Source: Patescibacteria group bacterium | GTDB lineage: Bacteria > Patescibacteriota > Patescibacteriia > Magasanikbacterales > GWA2-37-8 | Length of the DNA: 64,000 nt | Direction: 5' to 3' | Assembly (NCBI GenBank): GCA_022710645.1 | Contig: JAKLGL010000001.1 | Coordinates: 167,426-231,425 of the forward strand | Shown: positions 1 through 9,167 of the stretch, in pieces | How the letters are laid out: each line of letters starts with the position of its first letter | How positions within the stretch are numbered: position 1 is the first letter of the stretch | The notes under the pieces: model-generated | Databases searched by the model: none | Told to the model about the DNA's origin: nothing | The model's input: only the letters and a program-made list of their open reading frames with translations | Program-made: the position numbers and the translations under genes

Positions 1-219
1 TCCTCGGTCATAGGCATGTTGCCGAAATATCGCGAAGAAAGACGGATGAACTTTTCGGTTTTTTCCGCAATCTCCGTCCGAAATTTTTCTTCCTCGATTA
101 ATCTCCGTTTTTCTTCATTTTTGCGTTGTCGGCGCTCTTTGAACGCATAAAAAACAGCGATACAAATAGCGATGAACGCGATGCACAGCGAAACATAAAC
201 GACTGCTTTTTCGTACATG
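1..219 (-). CDS. hypothetical membrane-anchored protein, N-terminal part only; the gene continues past the window start
   Basis: ATG at 219 with a GGAG 6 nt upstream; N-terminal TM helix (VVYVSLCIAFIAICIAVFYAF) then a charged coiled-coil region; no in-frame stop before position 1. Confidence 0.5.
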
Positions 220-291
220 GCAATCTCCTTTGTATAAATGACTATAAAATTTTCAATGAACAACATCTTAAAATAACGGATTTTTCATTAA

Positions 292-344
292 TTGTCAAGA
301 TAAAAACACCCCGATATATTATCGGGGTGTTTTTATCTTGACAA
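292..344. terminator. 53-bp near-perfect palindrome with a GC hairpin core and a T-run; likely a bidirectional terminator plus promoter region
   Basis: ttgtcaagataaaaacaccccgata / tatcggggtgtttttatcttgacaa; lies directly after the stop of the 1474-aa gene. Confidence 0.6.
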
Positions 345-345
345 T

Positions 346-3300
346 TTAGCTATTAGGGCCTCGCAGCACTTGTGAAACAGCGTCCTTGACCATTTCCATA
401 TATTTATCCAACTTACCGCCTTTTTTCAGATAATCTTCAGCTTCTTTGATAGCTTCCAAAGCTCCATCATTATCGGAATTTCTCTTTATCATTTCCATTT
501 TCACCACAAAATCATTGACTTTCTCTTTATCCAAAGGAACACCTTTTTCATTGGCTTTTTCCAAAGCCCGAGAAAGTTTTTCCAAAGCTTTGATTTCTTT
601 TTGGATATTAAACGATTCTTTTTCCGCATCTACGGAACGAATGAAATCAACTTCTTTTTGTTTTTCTTCCAGATATTTATAAGCATCTTCAAAAGCTTTG
701 GCGGTTTGTTTTTCCGCCAAGGACAAAGAAATTTCAGCAGCTCTATTGTCTAAAGCTCCGGCCGTTGCTTTCATCCTTTCCGTTTTAATTTCTTTCAACT
801 TATTCGCTTCTTCTTGTTCTGCGGCATATCTGGCCACTTCTTCTTTGGCTTTTATTTCCGCATCATGAGCTTCCTGACGGATAGCGTCCAATTTGGCTCT
901 GTCGGCCGGATCTATGGGTTTAGCCATAACTTCATCCACTGTTTTCTCTTTATTCAATATTCCCACCAATCCGACTTTTTCCGTTTTTTCAATTTCATTT
1001 TTCAGTTCTTCTATTCTTTTTACAGCTTTAAGATAATCGGCGCTATTTGTTTCTTTGGTCGCTGTATTCAATTTCAACAAAGCCTCTTGCACTTTATCTT
1101 CTCCGGCGCCGGAATAATCTTTAGCCCAACTTTGGGCTTCTTGGACATGTGGTAATTTCTTGAAAAAATCAATATTACTTTTATCCAAACTCTTGGAAGT
1201 TTTTTCAATCACATCTGTCAACGATGATTTGTCTTCCGGAGTATTTTTCAAAGAATCCTTTACCAAAGAAGCTTTTGCCAAAATGCTTTGACTTTTTTCA
1301 AGTTGTCTATTCAATTTACTCAAATTTTCCGGATCATCCACATAACGGCGTTGTAAATTTTTGAACATTTCATCTATTTCTTGTTGGCTTTGAGCTCTTT
1401 GCGTATCAAAACTTTTTTGCATTTCTTGCCATTTCATTTCACTGGCTTTGGCGTTTATTTCTTCTTGCGCAAAAGCTTTATCTATTTTTGCTTCTTCCGC
1501 TTGCATTTCCGCCAATTTTTCTTTTTCCAACAAAGCCCGGCCGGCCGCTTCTTTGGTGTCGGCTTCTTCCTGGATTTTATTTATGATTTCTTCATTACTC
1601 AAACCCAGAGAACGCATGGCGGCTTCTTTGTGCTCACCGGCTTTGGCTAAATTCTCATAATTTTCTGCAATCATTTGTTCGGTGGACAAATCCGCGTTAA
1701 CAGATTCGGCAGTCTGTCCTCCGCCGGTTTGATTTTCTATAATCTTGATATCGCTATCTATAGTTGCTTTGATATCATCAAGCATAGAAAGTGTGCTTTT
1801 GTAATTTGCCGGAACTTCATCTTCCTGCGCTTTAAGCAAAGCTGTTTTCAAATCTTTCAAACGTCCGGCCAAATTATCCGAACCTTCCACTTTGTGTTGC
1901 GAAACCACATTTTCCAAATCGTTTAATCTCTTATTTACAACATCCATTTTTTCAACAAATTTTTGAGCTTTGGCATCGCCAAAATCTTTTTGGATATCTT
2001 TCACGGTTTTCGAATAAATCTCATCCAACTCTTTTCTGTCCGCTTTATTGAACACAGATTTGTTTTCCGCTATTATTTCTTCTCCGGTCATTTTTGGCGA
2101 TTCGTTTTTTTCCAAAGACGTTTCTGTGGTAACTTTCGTTTGAGGAATTTCCACTTTAGGTTTCGGTATTTCCATTTTGTAAGTTTCCACATTATTCTCC
2201 GTAAAACTGCCGTCGGAATTCAAAACAATTTTCGCTTCCGGATTATAAATCAAACCTACGCTTTTGCCGTTTTTCCAAAGATTATTAATTTTCAAAAACT
2301 CTTTGGTTTTCTTTTCGATAAAATCATCCACATCACCCTCGTCTTTAAACCCAAATTTTTCCGGGTCAGCCTCTATCTGTCTTTTGAAGACATCATAATA
2401 TCCGTCGCCTTTATGAATAGTAGTGTCTATTTCTACCGGCTCCGGGGTTTCGGTTGTTTCGGGGATATCGGTTGGAGATAATTTTTCTTCAGCATAAAGA
2501 GGTTCTTCTTTTTCCCAAGGAAGTTTCATATCAATATCTTCATTATTTGGAGAAGTATCATTTTCCAATCCTTGCGCCATCAAAGTTCCCGAAGCCAAAA
2601 CCTCCGAACTAATTTTCCCGGACAATGAATCTATTTTTTCAGAAAGATTGGTAGAACCAAGTGTCAAACGATCAAAATTGGCGGCAAAATTATTCAAAGC
2701 TCCACCTTTTTCCAAAACTCCGTGTTCTGTCGCATTTTTTATATTTTCCAAAGTTTTTTCAATTATTCCGGCGCCTTCTTGATGTAATTCTCCAATAGCC
2801 AAACCGCCGATACCGGCGACTCGCAACAATACACCGCTGGCTTTGATAACATCAATCACTTTCTTGGTTGCAGTTTTTTCCTTATCAAGAACATTCAATT
2901 CTTTCAGGGTTTCATTAAAAGAACCGACAGTCAATTCTTTTAAAATTCCTTTGCGTGTTTCTCCACTGCTTTCTCGACGTCTGTTTTCTTTTCTTAATTT
3001 TAAATATTTTTCAGCCGCGGCCGCAGTTCCGTAAATAACACCGCGCAAAGCATATGTGCCTGTAGCGGTAGTCAAAGTATTCAGAAAATCTTTGGCAATG
3101 GAAACTCCGCTAACTTTATTTTTGGTATAATCGTCGACAATGTCGATAACGGCGGTTTGAGCTTGTTTTTCAGTATTACCTTTTTCACTGTCATATTGTT
3201 TAACCAATTTTTTCAATTTATCTTTCATTTCTTGTTTTTCTTTCGGACTACGATCGGATTTGTTGATTTCATAAAAAAGCTCGCGAGCTCTGGCGATAAA

Positions 3301-4770
3301 AGCCGTTTCTTCTTCTTTTTTCAAATTTTCTTTGCCGACAGTTTTATTTTTTTCCGATTGACGAAGTAAAGAAGCAAATTTTTCTTTTACATTGCCTTCT
3401 TCCATTTTATGTTTGTAATAATCAGCAATATCCCCTTTTCCACCTATAGCTCTGACCAAATCTGTGGCAAATTTAACACCTAAAACCGAAGTGATTGATT
3501 TGTAAGCTGTTTCAGCAGCCATATCTCTGACTTCTTCTTTTTTCAAAACTTCTTTACTCTTTCCAAAAACCTCTTTTGTTTTATTCCAAATTTTTCCAAA
3601 AAAGCCTTTCTTTTCTTCTGTCGGTAAAACAGCTTTCTCCGGAGCGACTATGGTTTTGTCAGTGATATCTTTTAAATCCGCCAAAAAAGCCGTGCGCGCT
3701 TTTTCAAAATCCCCTCGCTCTTCATCATCTTCGGCTTTTTCAACCAAAACCAAATAAGCCTTTGCCGTATCTATGAAATCGGCAGGCATGCTTTTCGCTT
3801 CTTCACCAGAAATATATTTTTGTATTTCTTTTTTGAAAATACTTGCTTCGTTTTTCAAAATTTCCAAGTCGTTTTCCTTGGTTTTTACAGTTTCAATTTT
3901 TATCTCCGGTTTTGCTTCAGGTACGACTTTGATTTCCGGTTCGGGTTTTTCTTCTTTGGCAACAACTTTGACCACAGGTTTGACCTCTTCGACTACTTGC
4001 TGAATTTCTTTTTCTTCTTCTTTTGCCGGAATCTTTTCTTGCGGTTGAACTTCTTCTTGCGGTTTTTCAACGGTTTCAACCGTGGCTAAATTGCGAATTG
4101 ATTCTTGATTTTGCACCAATTCAGCACTTAATCTCTGTAAGGTTTTTTCCATATTTTCCGCTTTTTCTTCACTCTTTACGGAAAGCAGAGTTTCTTGAGC
4201 TTGTTTCAAAGCTTTTTCTATCTTGGTATAATTATTGATGATTTTTCTCTCCGTTTCTTTCATTTCTTCTTTCTTTTTACCTTCGGATAATTTGGCGATT
4301 TCTTCGCCGTGTTTCTCGAACTTATCTCCAAACTCCGCAAATTTTTTTGTTAAATTGTTTTTTATTTCTTCCAATTTTTTCATTTTTTCTTCTTCCGCTT
4401 TTTGAGCGTTTTCTTTTTCTTTATCATTGGTTTCCGTCTTTTCCATTTCTTTCAATGCAATATTCTGAGCCGCTTCCCATAGATAACCGGCCGCTTCGCC
4501 ATAAGCTTTTACCGCGTCTTCCTTTTTTATTTCGGCCAAAATTCTTACGGCTTCGGAATTTTTATCCGCCATATCTTTTAGAGTTTTTCTAGCGCTGTCA
4601 TTTCTTTCTTTATCGGATTTTCTAACACCTTTTTTACCTTCAAAATTTTTCTCTTTGAACTTTTCTAACGCTATCAAAAAAACCGCTTCCTGTCTTTTGT
4701 CGGAAAAAATCTTTTTTGTTTCCGGAACACCACCGCCGCGTTCCGCTTTTATAGTATTGTTAGCTGGCAT
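346..4770 (-). CDS. giant K/E-rich coiled-coil protein (1474 aa), no recognisable enzymatic domain
   Basis: uninterrupted 4.4-kb ORF; heptad-like K/E-rich sequence with proline-rich spacers (EKPEPEIKVVPEAKPEIK); no signal peptide or TM helix seen. Confidence 0.8.
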   Translation of the reverse strand: MPANNTIKAERGGGVPETKKIFSDKRQEAVFLIALEKFKEKNFEGKKGVRKSDKERNDSARKTLKDMADKNSEAVRILAEIKKEDAVKAYGEAAGYLWEAAQNIALKEMEKTETNDKEKENAQKAEEEKMKKLEEIKNNLTKKFAEFGDKFEKHGEEIAKLSEGKKKEEMKETERKIINNYTKIEKALKQAQETLLSVKSEEKAENMEKTLQRLSAELVQNQESIRNLATVETVEKPQEEVQPQEKIPAKEEEKEIQQVVEEVKPVVKVVAKEEKPEPEIKVVPEAKPEIKIETVKTKENDLEILKNEASIFKKEIQKYISGEEAKSMPADFIDTAKAYLVLVEKAEDDEERGDFEKARTAFLADLKDITDKTIVAPEKAVLPTEEKKGFFGKIWNKTKEVFGKSKEVLKKEEVRDMAAETAYKSITSVLGVKFATDLVRAIGGKGDIADYYKHKMEEGNVKEKFASLLRQSEKNKTVGKENLKKEEETAFIARARELFYEINKSDRSPKEKQEMKDKLKKLVKQYDSEKGNTEKQAQTAVIDIVDDYTKNKVSGVSIAKDFLNTLTTATGTYALRGVIYGTAAAAEKYLKLRKENRRRESSGETRKGILKELTVGSFNETLKELNVLDKEKTATKKVIDVIKASGVLLRVAGIGGLAIGELHQEGAGIIEKTLENIKNATEHGVLEKGGALNNFAANFDRLTLGSTNLSEKIDSLSGKISSEVLASGTLMAQGLENDTSPNNEDIDMKLPWEKEEPLYAEEKLSPTDIPETTETPEPVEIDTTIHKGDGYYDVFKRQIEADPEKFGFKDEGDVDDFIEKKTKEFLKINNLWKNGKSVGLIYNPEAKIVLNSDGSFTENNVETYKMEIPKPKVEIPQTKVTTETSLEKNESPKMTGEEIIAENKSVFNKADRKELDEIYSKTVKDIQKDFGDAKAQKFVEKMDVVNKRLNDLENVVSQHKVEGSDNLAGRLKDLKTALLKAQEDEVPANYKSTLSMLDDIKATIDSDIKIIENQTGGGQTAESVNADLSTEQMIAENYENLAKAGEHKEAAMRSLGLSNEEIINKIQEEADTKEAAGRALLEKEKLAEMQAEEAKIDKAFAQEEINAKASEMKWQEMQKSFDTQRAQSQQEIDEMFKNLQRRYVDDPENLSKLNRQLEKSQSILAKASLVKDSLKNTPEDKSSLTDVIEKTSKSLDKSNIDFFKKLPHVQEAQSWAKDYSGAGEDKVQEALLKLNTATKETNSADYLKAVKRIEELKNEIEKTEKVGLVGILNKEKTVDEVMAKPIDPADRAKLDAIRQEAHDAEIKAKEEVARYAAEQEEANKLKEIKTERMKATAGALDNRAAEISLSLAEKQTAKAFEDAYKYLEEKQKEVDFIRSVDAEKESFNIQKEIKALEKLSRALEKANEKGVPLDKEKVNDFVVKMEMIKRNSDNDGALEAIKEAEDYLKKGGKLDKYMEMVKDAVSQVLRGPNS

Positions 4771-4792
4771 ATTTTTAAAAAATTAGCGGTAA

Positions 4793-5131
4793 TTATTTTT
4801 TTAATTCTTCTTCCATTTGTCTCAACTTTTCGGAAAATTCAGTATCAGTTTTTTCATTTTTCTTTTCAAAATCTTTTTTGACGGCCAAGAGAGCTTTTTT
4901 CATTTTTTCTTCTATCACTTCAGTTTTGCTTTCGGTATAAAATTCATCTACGAGTTGCGACAATTTTTCCATCTGAGACAAAGTCATCTCTTGGATAAGG
5001 TCTATGATTTCCAATTTTTCTTCCGGAGTCGCCGATAAAGAAGCGACAAAATAAGCCAGCTTTTGACCCAAAGCTGCGGCTTTTGTTTGTTCGTCCGAAG
5101 ACAAACCGAAATTATTATTCGGTGAGTTCAT
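4793..5131 (-). CDS. hypothetical protein (112 aa)
   Basis: ORF tightly packed in the same-strand gene array. Confidence 0.5.
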   Translation of the reverse strand: MNSPNNNFGLSSDEQTKAAALGQKLAYFVASLSATPEEKLEIIDLIQEMTLSQMEKLSQLVDEFYTESKTEVIEEKMKKALLAVKKDFEKKNEKTDTEFSEKLRQMEEELKK

Positions 5132-5132
5132 A

Positions 5133-5315
5133 TTAAAAATCTTTTAGATTAGTGATTCTGTTTTTAATTTTTTGCATTTTTTCTCTGTCTATCGCGGACA
5201 ATACTTCTCTATGAAGCTCTTCTTCTTGTTTTTCAAGTAACTTCAAACAGTCCTCTATTTGTAAGAAAACATTTTCTAATTTTTTATATAATTCTTTTTT
5301 TGTTGGTTCCTCCAT
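5133..5315 (-). CDS. hypothetical small coiled-coil protein (60 aa)
   Basis: ORF 1 nt from the downstream gene; charged helical sequence. Confidence 0.4.
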   Translation of the reverse strand: MEEPTKKELYKKLENVFLQIEDCLKLLEKQEEELHREVLSAIDREKMQKIKNRITNLKDF

Positions 5316-5327
5316 ATTTTTCAGAAT

Positions 5328-5939
5328 TTAAGCGCCGAAAACATGATGTTTTCTATAACGCAAAATCCATAAAGAAGCGATCAAACAACCGACTGCAAAA
5401 CCCAATACCCCGTTCATAGCAAAATTCGGTCTGGCATACCAACGAGAAGAAAGAGGTGCACTAACCGTCTTGATAACTACATCGCCGCCGACATATTCCC
5501 AACCTCGCAAAGTCACGGTTTGAGTGACAGCGCTATTTAACAAAGCGGCTTCTTCCTGAGTGGCAGCATAAGAAGTTACTCTCATCAAAGAAGTTCCGTA
5601 AACCACACTAGCTTGAACATTTTTTTGCCACTGCTTGCGTCTTTCTCTTTCAGTAGGCATATTTTTCCAAGCTTCACGATTGAAAGTAAAATTACTTTCT
5701 ATAACTTTATTGTAAAAATCAGCCGTACTCATGATTTGAGCCAAATTTTCTCCGACTCGCTCGGCGGCTTTAGCCTGGGTATAAGGATCTACTCCGTATC
5801 TGTCCTGAGTGATTATAAGAAGCTGACTATCGGCGCTATATTGTCTCGGAAATAAAGCGCTGACCCCGATACTCACAGCTGCAAAAAATAAACCCCAAAA
5901 AAATACCGCTTTCCAATGTTTAAATATTAGAGAAATCAT
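5328..5939 (-). CDS. Wzz/polysaccharide co-polymerase (chain-length determinant)-like protein, short form
   Basis: N-terminal TM followed by PRQYSADSQLLII (Wzz-like P.Y.a...l motif); C-terminal TM GVLGFAVGCLIASLWIL; extracytoplasmic middle domain. Confidence 0.55.
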   Translation of the reverse strand: MISLIFKHWKAVFFWGLFFAAVSIGVSALFPRQYSADSQLLIITQDRYGVDPYTQAKAAERVGENLAQIMSTADFYNKVIESNFTFNREAWKNMPTERERRKQWQKNVQASVVYGTSLMRVTSYAATQEEAALLNSAVTQTVTLRGWEYVGGDVVIKTVSAPLSSRWYARPNFAMNGVLGFAVGCLIASLWILRYRKHHVFGA

Positions 5940-5964
5940 AAATTAAAAATTTAAATTCTATTTT

Positions 5965-7062
5965 TTATTTAAAAATATTTTCTTTTATTTGGGCTTCCAA
6001 ATCCAAAACTTTGCCTCGTCTGAGTACTTTCAAACGGGCTTGTTCTCCTCTCAGATTATACCACAAATTTTCATTTTCAACAATTTGTCCGTTGATTTCC
6101 AAAATTATATCTCCTTTTTGTAATTTTGAATCATTTTTCAAGACACCGGTCACTAAAAAGCCTTTGACAACACCTCCGTCAGTTATCAAAATCTGCTCTG
6201 ACGAATACCATCCTTCTATAGAAAAAGTCGGATAGATTATTTGTTGTTTATTCAAAACTCCCGGTAATACCCTGTTTACATAGACACTACCGATAACTTC
6301 ATTATTTTCATTTAAAAAACCGAGAAATCTGCCTTGGTTATTTAATACCAAAGAACCGGCAGGAGCATTTTTATTTTCCAAAGTTCTAACTTTCATCGGC
6401 ACGGAATCCAGATGAGGCTTAACAGTTAAAGAATATTCGTCAGCTAAAAAATTATAACGCCAAGAATTATTTTGATACACAAAAACTTGTTCTCCCAATT
6501 TTTCATTTTCCGAAAAACCTATAACTTTAAACTGTTCGTTTTTTATTTCCGTTTCTCCGCTTTTTGTTAGGCCGCGTATTTTGAAATAAACTATTTTAGT
6601 CAACTTGTCGTAAAGTAATTTTTCAATTTTATAAGTCCTACCTTCATTATTAACCGCCGTCCAAGTGATAAAATTGTTTGATTTTTTTTCATCCGACAAA
6701 TACATAGCAAGCCAACCGTCGCTTCCGACCAACGCAGCTTCGCCCAATTTTGATTGTGAATTCAAAAAAGACACTTCTCCGGATTTTTGAGAGTTTTCAT
6801 AAACAGACATTATTTTTTGCGAAGTTTCTTTTTTGATAAATTCTTCCATCTCCACCTTTTGACTACTTCTATCAACTTGAGAAACCAACCAATAATTTCC
6901 ACCTCCCAAATCCGGCCAGATCCAACCCACAGTCATAGCAGCTCCGGTCAAACCGCCTATGAGACCGAAAAATATAGACAAAAAAATCAAACCTAACCTT
7001 TGCCATAACTGATGAAGGGATATACTGCAAGAAGGATTTGGTAGATGAGGAGGATGTGACAT
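5965..7062 (-). CDS. membrane-anchored PDZ-domain protein (HtrA-like fold; catalytic His not evident)
   Basis: N-terminal TM; C-terminal PDZ-like GDIILEINGQIV...; central region loosely trypsin-like (PAGSLVLNNQGRFLGF). Confidence 0.6.
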   Translation of the reverse strand: MSHPPHLPNPSCSISLHQLWQRLGLIFLSIFFGLIGGLTGAAMTVGWIWPDLGGGNYWLVSQVDRSSQKVEMEEFIKKETSQKIMSVYENSQKSGEVSFLNSQSKLGEAALVGSDGWLAMYLSDEKKSNNFITWTAVNNEGRTYKIEKLLYDKLTKIVYFKIRGLTKSGETEIKNEQFKVIGFSENEKLGEQVFVYQNNSWRYNFLADEYSLTVKPHLDSVPMKVRTLENKNAPAGSLVLNNQGRFLGFLNENNEVIGSVYVNRVLPGVLNKQQIIYPTFSIEGWYSSEQILITDGGVVKGFLVTGVLKNDSKLQKGDIILEINGQIVENENLWYNLRGEQARLKVLRRGKVLDLEAQIKENIFK

Positions 7063-7167
7063 AAAAATAGTTGAAAGTTTGTAAAGTTTGTAAAGTTTGT
7101 AAAGTTTCCAAAAAGAAATAGTGGTTACTTTATAAACTTTATGAACTTTATAACTTTATGAACTTCG
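7063..7167. repeat. tandem 10-bp repeats (GTTTGTAAAG x3, then CTTTATAAACTTTATGAACTTTATAACTTTATGAACTT)
   Basis: direct tandem copies visible in the sequence; member of the AAGTYYATAAAGT-type intergenic repeat family. Confidence 0.8.
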
Positions 7168-7959
7168 TCATTTCCATTTAACTAAAAACAAAAAACCGAT
7201 AAATAAAATAAAATTTATAATCAAAAAAATATTCTGTTTGCGCCAATTGATTCCATCTTTACTGAGATTAAAACGAACCATCAACCAAAAAACATACCAA
7301 AACCAAACCACTATCAAGCCGTTTACCAAAAACCCGAGCGGCCATAACCAAAGCGCAAATGAAAGTTCCAAAAAAGTAAAAAAACAAGCAATAACACTCC
7401 ACCATAAACGATCTTTATTTTCCAGTCCGTATTCTCTCCACCACCAATATGAAATAGAAGAAGTGATAAGAGACGCCAAAATCAAACCTAACCAAAAATA
7501 ATTAAAACTTATCAACTGAAAAGAAGATCCGGCATACAATGAACTCCAAAGTAACGCCAAACCGAAAACATCCATCAGTAAAAGCCAACGACGATAAGGT
7601 TTTATGACAAAGTTAATAACTCCCGGTTCACTTTTGGTCGGTAAAAGCCAAAAACTGACTCCGGAAAAAATAACAAATAAAGCCACAGTCAAAGTTAACG
7701 CCTGACCCCACTCCATAAAGATGAGAGATAACAACACCCCGACGTTAAAGAAAAGAAGTGAAATAAAATGACGTAAACGAGAAAGCTCCTTCGGATAATA
7801 AACCAGACGGATAAAGAAAATCCACAAAACAGTCCTTAAAACAAACCAAGCTAAAAGAGTTTGCCAATGCCCCAATCTAAACAACCCCCAAAACATAACC
7901 AAATTGGCTATAACATCTATAAAAGCCGCTAATTTGGGATGAAAAGAAATATTTTTCAT
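7168..7959 (-). CDS. polytopic integral membrane protein (about 8 TM, Trp-rich)
   Basis: hydrophobic segments throughout; ORF of 263 aa. Confidence 0.65.
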   Translation of the reverse strand: MKNISFHPKLAAFIDVIANLVMFWGLFRLGHWQTLLAWFVLRTVLWIFFIRLVYYPKELSRLRHFISLLFFNVGVLLSLIFMEWGQALTLTVALFVIFSGVSFWLLPTKSEPGVINFVIKPYRRWLLLMDVFGLALLWSSLYAGSSFQLISFNYFWLGLILASLITSSISYWWWREYGLENKDRLWWSVIACFFTFLELSFALWLWPLGFLVNGLIVVWFWYVFWLMVRFNLSKDGINWRKQNIFLIINFILFIGFLFLVKWK

Positions 7960-8111
7960 GGTATATATTTATTACAGCTTAATATAGCACAAAATAAGAA
8001 AAAAATCAAATCTGGCTAAAATTTAAAGATTAAAAAAAATAAAGATTTAAAAAATGATAAAGGGGCTTGATTTTATTCATTTTTTCTGCTAAAATTACCA
8101 CATATAAACAT

Positions 8112-8558
8112 ATGCCTCAATTAGCTGACAATAAAAAAGCTTTTTTTGATTATGAGATTCTCGAAAAATTCGAGGCTGGCTTAATGTTGCTCGGACATGA
8201 GGTTAAGTCTGCAAAAAACGGACAAATAAGTCTAAAAGGGGCTTTTATCACCTTTCATAACAATAAAGCTTATTTAACCAACGCAACTATAAGCAAATAT
8301 AAACAAGCTGGCAAATTGGATAATTACGACCCGACCAGAAGTAGACAGGTTTTACTTCATAAGAAAGAAATTCGCTATTTACAGGGAAAATTTGCAGAAA
8401 AGGGCTTGACAATCGTTCCTATTTCGGTGTATACTAAAAACCGCTTAGTTAAAATAGAAATTGCCGTAGCTCGCGGTAAACATACTTTTGATAAGAGAGA
8501 GACTCTCAAAAAAAAGGATGTGGAAAGAGAGATGAGAAGGTCCTTACACGACAAATAA
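8112..8558 (+). CDS. smpB: SsrA-binding protein SmpB
   Basis: KKAFFDYEILEKFEAGLMLLGHEVKS...ISLKGAF SmpB signature; sits next to the tmRNA gene. Confidence 0.9.
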   Translation: MPQLADNKKAFFDYEILEKFEAGLMLLGHEVKSAKNGQISLKGAFITFHNNKAYLTNATISKYKQAGKLDNYDPTRSRQVLLHKKEIRYLQGKFAEKGLTIVPISVYTKNRLVKIEIAVARGKHTFDKRETLKKKDVEREMRRSLHDK

Positions 8559-8559
8559 T

Positions 8560-8676
8560 TTTTAATTTTACAATTTTTAATTTTCATTGAATTTACAATG
8601 CTTCAATTTACAATTGCGAATTGATCATTAAAAATTCATTAAAAATTGAAAATTAGAAATTGAAAATTTCTAACGG
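8560..8676 (+). promoter_or_regulatory. AT-rich repeat region upstream of ssrA (TTCATTGAA..TTCAATG palindrome plus GAAAATTAGAAATTGAAAAT); probable promoter/UP region
   Basis: a shared motif also occurs at 44921-45030 upstream of era. Confidence 0.4.
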
Positions 8677-9067
8677 GGGGATGTTTGGTTTCGACAAAAG
8701 TTCCTTGACAAGCTGGCATACCGGGGCGGCATTTGGCCTCGATAAAAACCAAATGCATCAAATAAGTGCCAACTTATTTTCAAAAGCCAGAGCAATATTC
8801 GCTAACACGATGAGCTTTGCGCCTGCCATGGCCTAAATAAGGCTTCATGCGCCATCGTGCCGATAATACGAAGTAGTCGGTTGCGGTGTCACTTACTTCG
8901 CGTAGGTTCAAATTCGTACCGACGGATTTGTTCCGAAGGCATTTCGGTTAAGCGTTAAAAATTCCGTTGCCCCATTATTTTAACGCCGAAAACTACCGGG
9001 ACAACTATGTATGTAGAAGGTTTGTTGAAAACTTTTTGGACGCGAGTTCGACTCTCGCCATCTCCAC
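8677..9067 (+). ncRNA. ssrA: tmRNA (ssrA)
   Basis: 5' GGGGAUGUUUGGUUUCGAC and 3' GGACGCGAGUUCGACUCUCGCCAUCUCCA tRNA-like ends that base-pair as an acceptor stem; internal tag frame ANTMSFAPAMA-stop; adjacent to smpB. Confidence 0.85.
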
Positions 9068-9167
9068 GGTCGCTTTCGCGACTAGTAAAAAGTTCATAAA
9101 GTTCATAAAGTTCCGATAAATTGATTTTATAAACTTTATAACTTTAAAAACTTTATAAACTCCGCTT

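Noticed and set aside
126-341. plus-strand 71-aa ORF at the window start
   Set aside because: It overlaps a better-supported minus-strand gene start (ATG at 219 with a GGAG RBS and a clear TM/coiled-coil product) and the terminator palindrome. It has no RBS and its sequence is low-complexity.
814-4592. series of plus-strand ORFs (60-170 aa) inside the 1474-aa gene
   Set aside because: They are antisense to a continuous 4.4-kb coding frame. Their Phe-rich low-complexity products are the mirror of K/E-rich codons.
7079-7110. possible CRISPR-like periodic repeat
   Set aside because: The units are 10 bp, directly tandem and without spacers. It is a simple satellite-like repeat, not a CRISPR array. 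No array of repeat-spacer type was found anywhere in the window.
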